Shown here piece by piece: positions 27,731-35,935 of a stretch of DNA of 64,000 nt. Location: sequence record MZ475893.1; one strand, given 5' to 3'. Made by a program: the position numbers and the translations under genes. A model generated the notes under the pieces. The model ran no database searches, was not told where the DNA came from, and saw nothing but the letters and a program-made list of their open reading frames with translations. Position 1 is the stretch's first letter. Each line of letters starts with the position of its first letter.

Positions 27731-28831
27731 ATGACAGGTCCTCTCGATCTCACTAACCCACAGCACTTCGAACTGTACTCGCTGCACAGTGTTGATGCAC
27801 AGTATATCAATCTGTGTGACGCACTCCTAACGCAGGGTACGCACGAATCTGACCCAGAGCGCACTGACGATACGTGGCATACGCTGATCGGTATTGGCTT
27901 CCAGTTGTCTAACACCAACATCGCTTTCCCTGCGCTGCTGTCTAAGCGTGTCAACGTCCGTGCAGCTATCGATGAATCCTGCTGGTTCGCACGCGGTGAA
28001 ACGAACATCGCAACTCTCGGTTCTAAAATCTGGAACGAGTGGGCAGATGAAGAAGGTGAGAACGGTCCTATCTACGGCTTCCAGTACCGTAACTGGCCTG
28101 ACATTAAAGTGTTCAACACTGTCGAAGGCATGATTGAGCAGCACATCCCACCAGCGATGATTGAGCGCATCTCGAAAGAGATTAACCGCATGAAGGCGCA
28201 GGGCTATATCGAAACTGCGTTGCCTGACGGTCGCGTGTTGTACGAAGGCTATATCGATCAGTACGCTGATGCACTGCGTCAAATCATGGCGCGTAGTCGT
28301 AGCCGCCGCATTCGTGTGCAAGCGTTCAACCCAGGTTACGTTGGTATGCAGAGCCTGCCGCCGTGTCATACCGAGTTTGAGTTCAACGTGACCAAAGCCA
28401 CTGCGTATGAGATTGCGCAGATGGAAGCACGCTCAATGCGCCCTGACGCTGACTCACTGCATATCGTGGTGACGATGCGCAGCAATGACGCGCTATTGGG
28501 CAGGCCCTTCAATATCGTGGGCTACAGCGCCATGCACCAGTTGTTTGCGAAGTGGGCTGGTCTGAACGTTGGTTCGTTTACTCTGAACGTGACCAATATG
28601 CACATGTACGATCACCACCGCGAAGCGTATGCACAACAGCGTGAGCAGTGGCTGGAGCTACAGACGCAGATGCAGACGACAGGCAAACCTGTTGTTTACC
28701 CTACCCTCGAAATCACTGACGACATTCTGGGCCTGACGCCAGAAGAGCTGCTGGATAACGTCAACGTCGATTGGTTCGAGCTGGTGGACTACTCTCCTAA
28801 ACCTGCTGTTAAAGGACGCGTAACCAAATGA
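27731..28831 (+). CDS. thyA: thymidylate synthase
   Basis: LLSKRV, IWNEWAD, GPIYGFQYR, SRRI, LPPCH, RSNDALLGRPFN, NMHMYDHH. Confidence 0.93.
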   Translation: MTGPLDLTNPQHFELYSLHSVDAQYINLCDALLTQGTHESDPERTDDTWHTLIGIGFQLSNTNIAFPALLSKRVNVRAAIDESCWFARGETNIATLGSKIWNEWADEEGENGPIYGFQYRNWPDIKVFNTVEGMIEQHIPPAMIERISKEINRMKAQGYIETALPDGRVLYEGYIDQYADALRQIMARSRSRRIRVQAFNPGYVGMQSLPPCHTEFEFNVTKATAYEIAQMEARSMRPDADSLHIVVTMRSNDALLGRPFNIVGYSAMHQLFAKWAGLNVGSFTLNVTNMHMYDHHREAYAQQREQWLELQTQMQTTGKPVVYPTLEITDDILGLTPEELLDNVNVDWFELVDYSPKPAVKGRVTK

Positions 28832-29490
28832 TGCTAATCAGCCGCATTGCTGCATTCCTGTATGTTGGATATGCAGAGTCAGTGGAGGACATTCCACGTT
28901 TGCTCGTCGAAAAAGTTAAGGTGCGCATCGAAGATCCCGATTGGGACCCGTTTGATGACGTTACCGTTGAAGATGCACCGCCTATCCTAGAAATGACAGG
29001 CAAGGTCATCTATCATCTGCCACTCAACTGCTTCCTGATTGACGGTCGCATGGAGCAGGATGAATCGTCCGAAGATACGCTCAAGATGCAGAAGCATTGT
29101 CAGACCAACTTCTTCAAGCACAAGCAGACACGCAACGGTCGTGTGGGCATTGCCGTGGACAGCATGATCAGAGAACTGTCTTATGCAGAGGCACAGCACC
29201 CTAACTGGCCTACTGAGCCGCTGCACGCTGGCGCTATCCTCGCAGAAGAAGCAGGTGAGTGTCTGCGTGATTGCGTGTCATACGATGAAACAGGGCGTGA
29301 TGACCTGCTAGCCTCTATGGCCGAAGAAGCTGTGCAGACAGGTGCGATGGCGATTCGTTTTCTGATCAATGCGCATCGTTCTAAAGAGCGCACGCTGCCT
29401 CGCTCTACAGTACGTGACCTGCTGTCAGACACGTCCATTCCTTTGGCTGAGCGTGTTGCTAAACTTCTTGATGTGGTGGACGCTAAATGA
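28828..29490 (+). CDS. protein with C-terminal MazG-like NTP pyrophosphohydrolase helix pair
   Basis: ILAEEAGE...EEAVQTGAMAIR (ExxE...E pattern). Confidence 0.55.
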   Translation: MMLISRIAAFLYVGYAESVEDIPRLLVEKVKVRIEDPDWDPFDDVTVEDAPPILEMTGKVIYHLPLNCFLIDGRMEQDESSEDTLKMQKHCQTNFFKHKQTRNGRVGIAVDSMIRELSYAEAQHPNWPTEPLHAGAILAEEAGECLRDCVSYDETGRDDLLASMAEEAVQTGAMAIRFLINAHRSKERTLPRSTVRDLLSDTSIPLAERVAKLLDVVDAK

Positions 29491-30398
29491 AACTACTTGC
29501 ACTTATCCCATCTGCTACCACCAATGTGTTCCGCACGCTGCATTGTGTAGGCACGGCAGAAGAGTTCCCTGTAGGCGAGCATCCTAAGTGGTCTGGCTTT
29601 GGTTTGAATATGACTAACGTCAAAATCATTCCTGACCTGGCTAAAGACGCCGTGCCTGATTCGTTCTATGTCACTATCGATAGCCACCTCGACTGGTCTG
29701 TTGATCTTGATCGTATCGATACGTTCAGCGCTGATTATCTCATCTGGTGCGGTAAGCATACGCCTTCAATTGAAGCTGTGCTCGAAGCCCACATGATTAA
29801 AGGCCAGTTGCCAAATCTGGTGCAGGACTTCGATGCTTTTGTCGCTGATCTGCAAGAGCGTCTGGACAACATGACCAGCCTCGCTAAAGATCGTATGACC
29901 ATCTCAGGCAGCACGCTGATCGATAGCGACACCACAGCCAAGTACAACCTGTGGGCTATCTATCGTCACTGTCTGATGTTAGACAACAAGATGGTCCTGC
30001 TGTACGGTAAAGACAATCACATCCATGTGTCCGACACGCACGTATCTGAAAAGGGTATCGGCTGGTGGTTGACCGAGCACAACAAACACATGATGAGCAT
30101 TGCACAGCAAAACGATCTGCTTGCCGCTTACATTACGTTTGAACGCGATAGCTCTGGCTATACGTTTGTTGGTGCTGACGGTACTCAGGTTAAACGTCCT
30201 GTCGAAAGCAGCGAGTTCATGCACATGGCGCATCACGGCCTGTTCCCTAAAGTTGTAGTGCGTGAAGACGCAGACGGCCGTAACTTCGAACTGTCGTTTG
30301 ATTACGCCGAATACTTCCCACAAGCGTATCACGATTTTGTCAATCATGCGTGGGCCGGCCGTTCTGATCGTTCACGCGATTTGGTTCGCTTCATCTGA
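29487..30398 (+). CDS. hypothetical protein
   Basis: 303 aa, coupled. Confidence 0.7.
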   Translation: MKLLALIPSATTNVFRTLHCVGTAEEFPVGEHPKWSGFGLNMTNVKIIPDLAKDAVPDSFYVTIDSHLDWSVDLDRIDTFSADYLIWCGKHTPSIEAVLEAHMIKGQLPNLVQDFDAFVADLQERLDNMTSLAKDRMTISGSTLIDSDTTAKYNLWAIYRHCLMLDNKMVLLYGKDNHIHVSDTHVSEKGIGWWLTEHNKHMMSIAQQNDLLAAYITFERDSSGYTFVGADGTQVKRPVESSEFMHMAHHGLFPKVVVREDADGRNFELSFDYAEYFPQAYHDFVNHAWAGRSDRSRDLVRFI

Positions 30399-30420
30399 TC
30401 GTCGCGCTGTCTGCTGTCAG

Positions 30421-30426
30421 TAATTT
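30421..30426 (+). promoter_or_regulatory. TAATTT motif
   Basis: Intergenic, 23 nt before ATG 30450. Confidence 0.35.
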
Positions 30427-30449
30427 GAAGCTACTATAGGAGACAGCGC

Positions 30450-30788
30450 ATGAAATATGATAAGACCAAAGACTACCAACCGTTCAAGTATCTTGAGCCA
30501 GACCCAAAGGCTCCAAGAGTAGGCTTCTACGGTTCGACTGGCCACACTATCACAAAGGACGTTCTGATAGGGCAGGACGTATGCGAGTTTGAGTTCAAGC
30601 CCGAAGAGTTGAACAATATGAATCGCGGTACGTTGCTCTTCCGTGCTAAAGATAGTGGCGGAACTATTGTCGTAAAGAAATGCTCTGTGCTTGGATTGAA
30701 AATGGTAATTACGCTAGAGAGAAGGGTGATTCAGTTCGGCAAGGTTCAAGCTGAATGGATGACCACATCCCGACTGTATAACTACTAA
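30450..30788 (+). CDS. hypothetical protein
   Basis: 112 aa, AGGAG RBS. Confidence 0.7.
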   Translation: MKYDKTKDYQPFKYLEPDPKAPRVGFYGSTGHTITKDVLIGQDVCEFEFKPEELNNMNRGTLLFRAKDSGGTIVVKKCSVLGLKMVITLERRVIQFGKVQAEWMTTSRLYNY

Positions 30789-30796
30789 CTGTAAAT
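30789..30796 (+). promoter_or_regulatory. CTGTAAAT motif
   Basis: Intergenic, 34 nt before ATG 30831. Confidence 0.6.
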
Positions 30797-30830
30797 ACAT
30801 TGTACAGAAGCAACTACAAGAGAAAAGAGA

Positions 30831-31529
30831 ATGGCAAAAATTGCTAAAGCAAAGGAAGGGAAAAAGAAAAGCAACCCTATGTTGATTGACCTGAAAAAGT
30901 TCAAGTCAGTTAAACAGCTTAAGGGTGCGAAGTACAACCCTCGTTTCATTACAGACAGCCGACTGAGAGCGCTCGAAGGTTCTTTGGGCAGCTTCGGTGA
31001 TTTGTCTGGCGTGGTGTTCAACAACAGCGTAGACAGTGGCGTGCTGATCTCAGGCCACCAGCGTCTCAAGTCGATTGAGAAGTGGGACTCGCGCATTGAG
31101 ATTCAGCAAACGTCTGACAAGTACGGCACGGTAGCGCTGGGTTATATCCATGCCACCAGCGCCAAAGGTAAAACGATCAGCATCCCACTGCGTATCGTTA
31201 ACTGGTCAGATAAGAAAGTGGAGTTTGCTGCTAACATTGCTGCGAATGCCCACGGCGGTGAGTTCGATAACAAAAAGCTCGCGTCACTTGTCGAGAAGCT
31301 GGACCTGACTACAATCAAGCCAGCACTTATCGGGCTTGACCCGTTAGAGATTCGCGGCCTGCAACAGACGCTGAGCAAACAAGCTATCGTCGAGCAGGAA
31401 AAGCGTGTTGGTAAAACAACAGGCAAAATGAACGGCAGCACCGGCGAGTTCAAAGAGTACACGACTGATGAAGTTGGTACTGCGCTGACCTGCACCTGCC
31501 CACGTTGTGGCTTTAAGTTCGAGGGATAA
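30831..31529 (+). CDS. ParB/sulfiredoxin-like N-terminal domain protein with C-terminal CPxCG
   Basis: YNPRFI, LISGHQRL, NAHGGEFD, CTCPRCGFKF. Confidence 0.75.
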   Translation: MAKIAKAKEGKKKSNPMLIDLKKFKSVKQLKGAKYNPRFITDSRLRALEGSLGSFGDLSGVVFNNSVDSGVLISGHQRLKSIEKWDSRIEIQQTSDKYGTVALGYIHATSAKGKTISIPLRIVNWSDKKVEFAANIAANAHGGEFDNKKLASLVEKLDLTTIKPALIGLDPLEIRGLQQTLSKQAIVEQEKRVGKTTGKMNGSTGEFKEYTTDEVGTALTCTCPRCGFKFEG

Positions 31530-31530
31530 C

Positions 31531-33666
31531 ATGATCATCAAGCCGCCTACAATGAAAGAGATTAATAAGCTGCCCAAGCCTTGGTCAGGTATGAGTTTCT
31601 TTGCAGGTTGCGGTGGTTCATCTACCGGTCACAAGATGGCCGGTATTAACATCCTACTGAGCAACGAGTTCGTGGACGCGGCTCGTGAATCGTATGAAGC
31701 GAACCATCCAACAACCAAAGTGTTGCCCCACGATATTCGTCGTCTTGACCCGAAAAAGCTGCTTAGCTATTGCGGCCTGAGCCAAGGCGAACTGGACTTG
31801 CTTGACGGCAGTCCTCCGTGCTTTACCGAAGACACGTTCATTCATACTGACACTGGTATGAAGTTCATCACTGATATGCGCATCGGTGACTTCGCTATGA
31901 CCTCTGTTGGTAAGTATCATCCTGTGTATGACACGATGGTGCGCCCGTATGACGGTCAGATGCACAGAATTGAAACGCTGCTCGGTCAGAACAATGCAAC
32001 ACCTGAGCATCCATTCTTTGTTCGTCGTCAGAATGAAGAAACTGGCGGGTACAGTGAGCCGTTCTGGTGTGACGCTAAAGATGTGCAGGAAGGCGATTTG
32101 TTGGGTACGCCTCGTGTTACGCCTGACATGGGTGAAGCACACACGCATGAGATTATCTCGTCGTTGACTGCGCAGCTTGTGCGTTGGATTGCATTGCCTG
32201 AGTTTTGGTGGCTGATTGGTCACTGGTGCAATCGCGGTGCAATCGATAAGATTCGTGGTGTCGATGTTATTCAGTTCACCTCGATGACAGCGATGGAAAA
32301 CTCGCTGGTGGAACAAGCGTTCGACGTGCTCAAGTTAAGCAGCATCAACAGCGCTTCGTCCGACATGGGCGTTCACCGTAAGACCGTCCGTGTTGTTATG
32401 GACACAGACCTGTTGCTGTTCTTGCGTATGTTTATCGCACAGGGCAAGAAGTCTATGTCCCGCCGTATGCCAGGCATGATCTTCCATCTGGCCAAAGAGC
32501 TGAAACAGCAATTCATTCTCGGCTATCTGGGTCGTGATTACGTCACAGCAATGGGCGTTGGTCATGCGTTAGAGGCTGACTCAAAGCGCTTCCTCGTTGA
32601 GATGAATTACCTGTGCTGCTCTGCGTTCAACAGACCGCTGTTCGATGCAATGTTGTTCACTGACTTGCATTACGGCAGTCCTATGTTACCGCCGAGTCGC
32701 TTCATCACCAAAGAGCACATTGGCTTCCTGTTCTTACAAGAAGAGGTTAATTTCTTCTTTGAGTTCGAGCCGGAAGACCCGCATCTGTGGGTAGAAGTGA
32801 TTGAGAACTTTACGCACCATGAAACGTGCAACGTCTACAACTTCTCAGTCAGTGTTGATGAGACGTATGTTGCTAACGGTATGGTCGTGCATAACTGCAA
32901 AGGGTTCTCGACTGCGGGTGTGAAAGAAGACGGCTGGGGCAAAGAGGTTAAGTACAGCGGCAACAAGTATCAGCAAGTCGATGACCTGTTCGATCAGTAT
33001 TGCCGTATGCTCAAGCACATGCAGCCTAAAACGTTCACTGCGGAAAACGTTAGTGGCCTCGTTAAAGGTGCGTCGAAGGGTTACTTCATTGAAATCATGA
33101 AGACCTTTGATCAGCTAGGCTACTATGTGCGAGCACCGTTGCTTAATGCTGCGTGGCTCGGTGTGCCTCAGTCGCGTGAGCGTATCATCTTTATGGGTGT
33201 GCGCAAAGACGTGGCTAAAGCACTCGGCTATAAGACTGCGTTGACTGCTGTGCCTGATGTAACACCTCAATCAAGCATGGCGTTCCTTGCAGATGCACTG
33301 CCGAACATTCGTCGGTATAAAGGTACGGAGCGTGACATTATCAAGTATCTGCCTGCTGTTAACGGGCCGATGCCTACGATTACCGCTGCTGACGCTATCG
33401 CATACGAAACAGCACGCTTCTCCTCTGCTGGCTTCATTGAAGACGACAAAGGGCACAGACGCAAGCTGACGATTGACGAACTCAAAGTTGTATCAGGCAT
33501 GCCTAGTGATTACGTGCTCACAGGTAAGTTTGAAGAACAATGGGAACGTCTCGGTCGTGTGTGCGTACCTGCAATGACGTGTGCAGCGGCAAGCGCGTTG
33601 ATACGCCATGTGCTTGAGCCGTACGCGAAGCTGCGTAAAAAGAAACCTGGGGATCGTTTTCGTTAA
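31531..33666 (+). CDS. C5-cytosine DNA methyltransferase family enzyme, intein-containing; candidate carboxymethyltransferase
   Basis: FFAGCGG (I), NEF (II), DIRRL (III), GSPP-intein-CKGFS (IV), ENVSGL (VI), QSRERI (VIII), RKLTIDE (IX), LGRVCVP (X, Asn replaced by Arg). Confidence 0.9.
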   Translation: MIIKPPTMKEINKLPKPWSGMSFFAGCGGSSTGHKMAGINILLSNEFVDAARESYEANHPTTKVLPHDIRRLDPKKLLSYCGLSQGELDLLDGSPPCFTEDTFIHTDTGMKFITDMRIGDFAMTSVGKYHPVYDTMVRPYDGQMHRIETLLGQNNATPEHPFFVRRQNEETGGYSEPFWCDAKDVQEGDLLGTPRVTPDMGEAHTHEIISSLTAQLVRWIALPEFWWLIGHWCNRGAIDKIRGVDVIQFTSMTAMENSLVEQAFDVLKLSSINSASSDMGVHRKTVRVVMDTDLLLFLRMFIAQGKKSMSRRMPGMIFHLAKELKQQFILGYLGRDYVTAMGVGHALEADSKRFLVEMNYLCCSAFNRPLFDAMLFTDLHYGSPMLPPSRFITKEHIGFLFLQEEVNFFFEFEPEDPHLWVEVIENFTHHETCNVYNFSVSVDETYVANGMVVHNCKGFSTAGVKEDGWGKEVKYSGNKYQQVDDLFDQYCRMLKHMQPKTFTAENVSGLVKGASKGYFIEIMKTFDQLGYYVRAPLLNAAWLGVPQSRERIIFMGVRKDVAKALGYKTALTAVPDVTPQSSMAFLADALPNIRRYKGTERDIIKYLPAVNGPMPTITAADAIAYETARFSSAGFIEDDKGHRRKLTIDELKVVSGMPSDYVLTGKFEEQWERLGRVCVPAMTCAAASALIRHVLEPYAKLRKKKPGDRFR
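31819..32895 (+). mobile_element. intein (359 aa) in catalytic PC motif, degenerate LAGLIDADG region
   Basis: Starts CFTEDTFI, block B ATPEHPFF, remnant WLIGHWCNRG and FILGYLGRD, ends YNFSV...VANGMVVHN followed by +1 Cys. Confidence 0.92.
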
Positions 33667-33675
33667 GGAGCAGTT

Positions 33676-33759
33676 ATGTTGTGGGTCGGGTTCATTTTAG
33701 GTTTTATGCTCGGCACACTGCTAACGTTGCTGCTGCCTATCCCTTACTTGTCATGGTGA
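33676..33759 (+). CDS. 27-aa hydrophobic peptide
   Basis: AAGGAG RBS; MLWVGFILGFMLGTLLTLLLPIPYLSW. Confidence 0.45.
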   Translation: MLWVGFILGFMLGTLLTLLLPIPYLSW

Positions 33760-33829
33760 CAATCTGTGTATTATCTCCGAAGCCTGTCACATTTGAAGGT
33801 GGGCATGTCGTCCACTAGGAGATAGTATT

Positions 33830-34000
33830 ATGACAAACGTAAACACAAACGAAATCGAAACCCCTTGGTACGAAGCAGACGATGAGCAGCTAACCGCAGA
33901 GCACATTGCAATCATTCAGCAAAAGGCTAATGCTGATGCGATAGCTCGCGGAAAGCCGTTGCCAGATGCGGATGACCCGAGCTGGATTCGTCTGTTCTAA
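33830..34000 (+). CDS. small hypothetical protein (56 aa)
   Basis: AGGAG RBS; MTNVNTNEIETPWY...WIRLF; not in ORF track. Confidence 0.6.
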   Translation: MTNVNTNEIETPWYEADDEQLTAEHIAIIQQKANADAIARGKPLPDADDPSWIRLF

Positions 34001-34037
34001 AATAAACTTGGGACAAGGATGTCCTTTGGAGAATGCC

Positions 34038-34341
34038 ATGAACGATCCCGTTGTTCTTTGGTCTATTATCGGTGTGCTGTTGTTTATTCTCGCGTGCGGC
34101 GGTGCGTTCATCTATTTCTTGCTGCGCACTGTATCGGAGACAATCTTCCGGAGTCTCTGGGGTGGACACTAGACTGCGTGTGGGTCTAGCCTTCATCATT
34201 ACAGGGGCACTCACATTCATGTCCTGTAGATCACTGGATATGTTATTTGATGATGCCCTACCAATATCTTTAGTGTTCGGCACTCTTGTCGCACTGCATG
34301 AGTTTCACTATCTCATGTCAATGAGGGATTTTGAAAATTGA
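34038..34341 (+). pseudogene. membrane protein, possibly split by a one-base frameshift near 34158
   Basis: GGAG RBS; TM-rich N-half stops at 34172 while a TM-rich half continues in another frame to 34341. Confidence 0.35.
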
Positions 34342-34562
34342 AAATACCTAAAAAGTGGCGAACGGCTTCGAACTCGTTGGCACACACGGTTGAGATTATT
34401 AACGATAATGCACAGCTCGTTGTCGTGTATAAAGTGTGGTCCGCACGCCACCAACGCTGGTCCTATCGCGCAGAGTCTATCGAAGAAGTGTTGTACGTGA
34501 TCAAAGGAATAAGATATGGTGAATTTGCACCCCAACCAAAAGAAAGCAATTGCAATACTTGA
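34338..34562 (+). CDS. hypothetical protein
   Basis: 74 aa, TTG start. Confidence 0.5.
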   Translation: MKIPKKWRTASNSLAHTVEIINDNAQLVVVYKVWSARHQRWSYRAESIEEVLYVIKGIRYGEFAPQPKESNCNT

Positions 34563-34941
34563 TCAGTATGGCGCTGTGTACGATAACGGCTTCATTCGTT
34601 TTAAGCGTGATAACAATCGGGTCAGTACGTTCATGTTCCATGTGGACGAGATACGCACCGTGTTTATCTCTCAGGGCGTCGGTAGTAATACAGTGACAGG
34701 CAAAGAAGTTCAAGTCATTCGCCTTGAGATAAGCCTGATTGGCGGGTCTGCCTCGACCTGTGCGTACCACCCTGAACGCGATATTGATGGTGTGATGGAC
34801 TTTGCAAATGCGTTGCTGTGTCTGCGCGACGAAGCGTGTGGTGTTTCTGGACCTGACTATGAGATAGAACTCCACCAAGACTATTTCTACACAGGCAAAC
34901 CGAATGTGTCTTGGCCCGACCAAGACGAAACCGCCGAGTAA
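34516..34941 (+). CDS. hypothetical protein
   Basis: 141 aa, AAGGA RBS. Confidence 0.65.
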   Translation: MVNLHPNQKKAIAILDQYGAVYDNGFIRFKRDNNRVSTFMFHVDEIRTVFISQGVGSNTVTGKEVQVIRLEISLIGGSASTCAYHPERDIDGVMDFANALLCLRDEACGVSGPDYEIELHQDYFYTGKPNVSWPDQDETAE

Positions 34942-35001
34942 TCGGCACTCATGGTGTGAGACACACAAGTGAACTCACCCTCTACCTAAAAGGTATGTAA
35001 T

Positions 35002-35868
35002 ATGACTAAGCAACACACTAACTACAGTTCTGCATTCGCTATCAATGAAATGGCTGTGCTGTCTTTTGATAACTTCGGTTCGGACAAGCTGTATGGCGTT
35101 GTATCGGGCGTTATGTTCTACGGCCCTCAGCGTATGTATCGCGTCAGCCTGTTCGTCAACGACGGTCCTGAGTCGGCACCTACTGCCTTCCTGCATGAAG
35201 GTCGCCCTATCGATGGATTCATCGCAGATGACCTGCTGCCTGTAACTGACCAGTACGTTCCGCATATTGGTCATGTTGGTCGATACGAATCAACTGACCA
35301 CAAGACGTTTGGCGACTCACCGTTCACCAGCGGTCAGTTGGTTGAAATCAAGATCAAAGACATTGCAGACAGCTTCAACGTGCCTGTTCTCATCACAGGC
35401 GTCACTTACGTTGAAGGTAAGATCATGTACGATGTGAGCATCGAACGCGCCTACTACAGTGATGGTCGTGTTAACGGTGGTCGTCTGGTGCGTGATACGC
35501 TTACTGGCATTGATAGTATCTTCATCAAACCTGTTGATGGCTGGCCAGAAGAAGGCGAGGACATTAGCGAGTATGCGCTGGAGATTGGCGTTGAAGACGG
35601 TGCCGTGCCTATCTCAAACGATATTTTTGACGCGGCGTATGATGCGCATCTTTTAGGCGTTCAGTGTGGTGAGCTGAATAAACACGCTGCCCGCAATTTC
35701 TTAGGCGCTTACATCAACGCTGAGAATGCGCGTGTGGAGAAGTATCTCGGTGCACGTACAGGTCGCTGGGACACAAGCAAACTGAATGAGAGCTCCAAAC
35801 CTCGTTCAGTATCAGACATTGATACGTCGAAGATCTCCCAAGTTCAGCCTTGGCCGAAAGATGAATAA
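35002..35868 (+). CDS. hypothetical protein
   Basis: 288 aa, followed by terminator. Confidence 0.75.
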   Translation: MTKQHTNYSSAFAINEMAVLSFDNFGSDKLYGVVSGVMFYGPQRMYRVSLFVNDGPESAPTAFLHEGRPIDGFIADDLLPVTDQYVPHIGHVGRYESTDHKTFGDSPFTSGQLVEIKIKDIADSFNVPVLITGVTYVEGKIMYDVSIERAYYSDGRVNGGRLVRDTLTGIDSIFIKPVDGWPEEGEDISEYALEIGVEDGAVPISNDIFDAAYDAHLLGVQCGELNKHAARNFLGAYINAENARVEKYLGARTGRWDTSKLNESSKPRSVSDIDTSKISQVQPWPKDE

Positions 35869-35874
35869 ATGACT

Positions 35875-35900
35875 AAAGGGTGGCTTCGGCTGCCCTTTTT
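35875..35900 (+). terminator. intrinsic terminator, identical to 19063-19088
   Basis: AAAGGGTGGC-TTCG-GCTGCCCTTTTT. Confidence 0.9.
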
Positions 35901-35903
35901 AGA

Positions 35904-35911
35904 TCTGTAAA
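35904..35911 (+). promoter_or_regulatory. CTGTAAAC variant of promoter motif
   Basis: Intergenic, right after terminator, 24 nt before ATG 35936. Confidence 0.55.
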
Positions 35912-35935
35912 CAACTTATACAAGAGGAGCGTACA

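Noticed and set aside
27731-28831. ThyA as a dCMP hydroxymethylase or other base-modifying thymidylate synthase homologue
   Set aside because: It keeps the dUMP-specifying Asn in RSND..LG.PFN and the canonical PPCH, consistent with ordinary thymidylate synthase.
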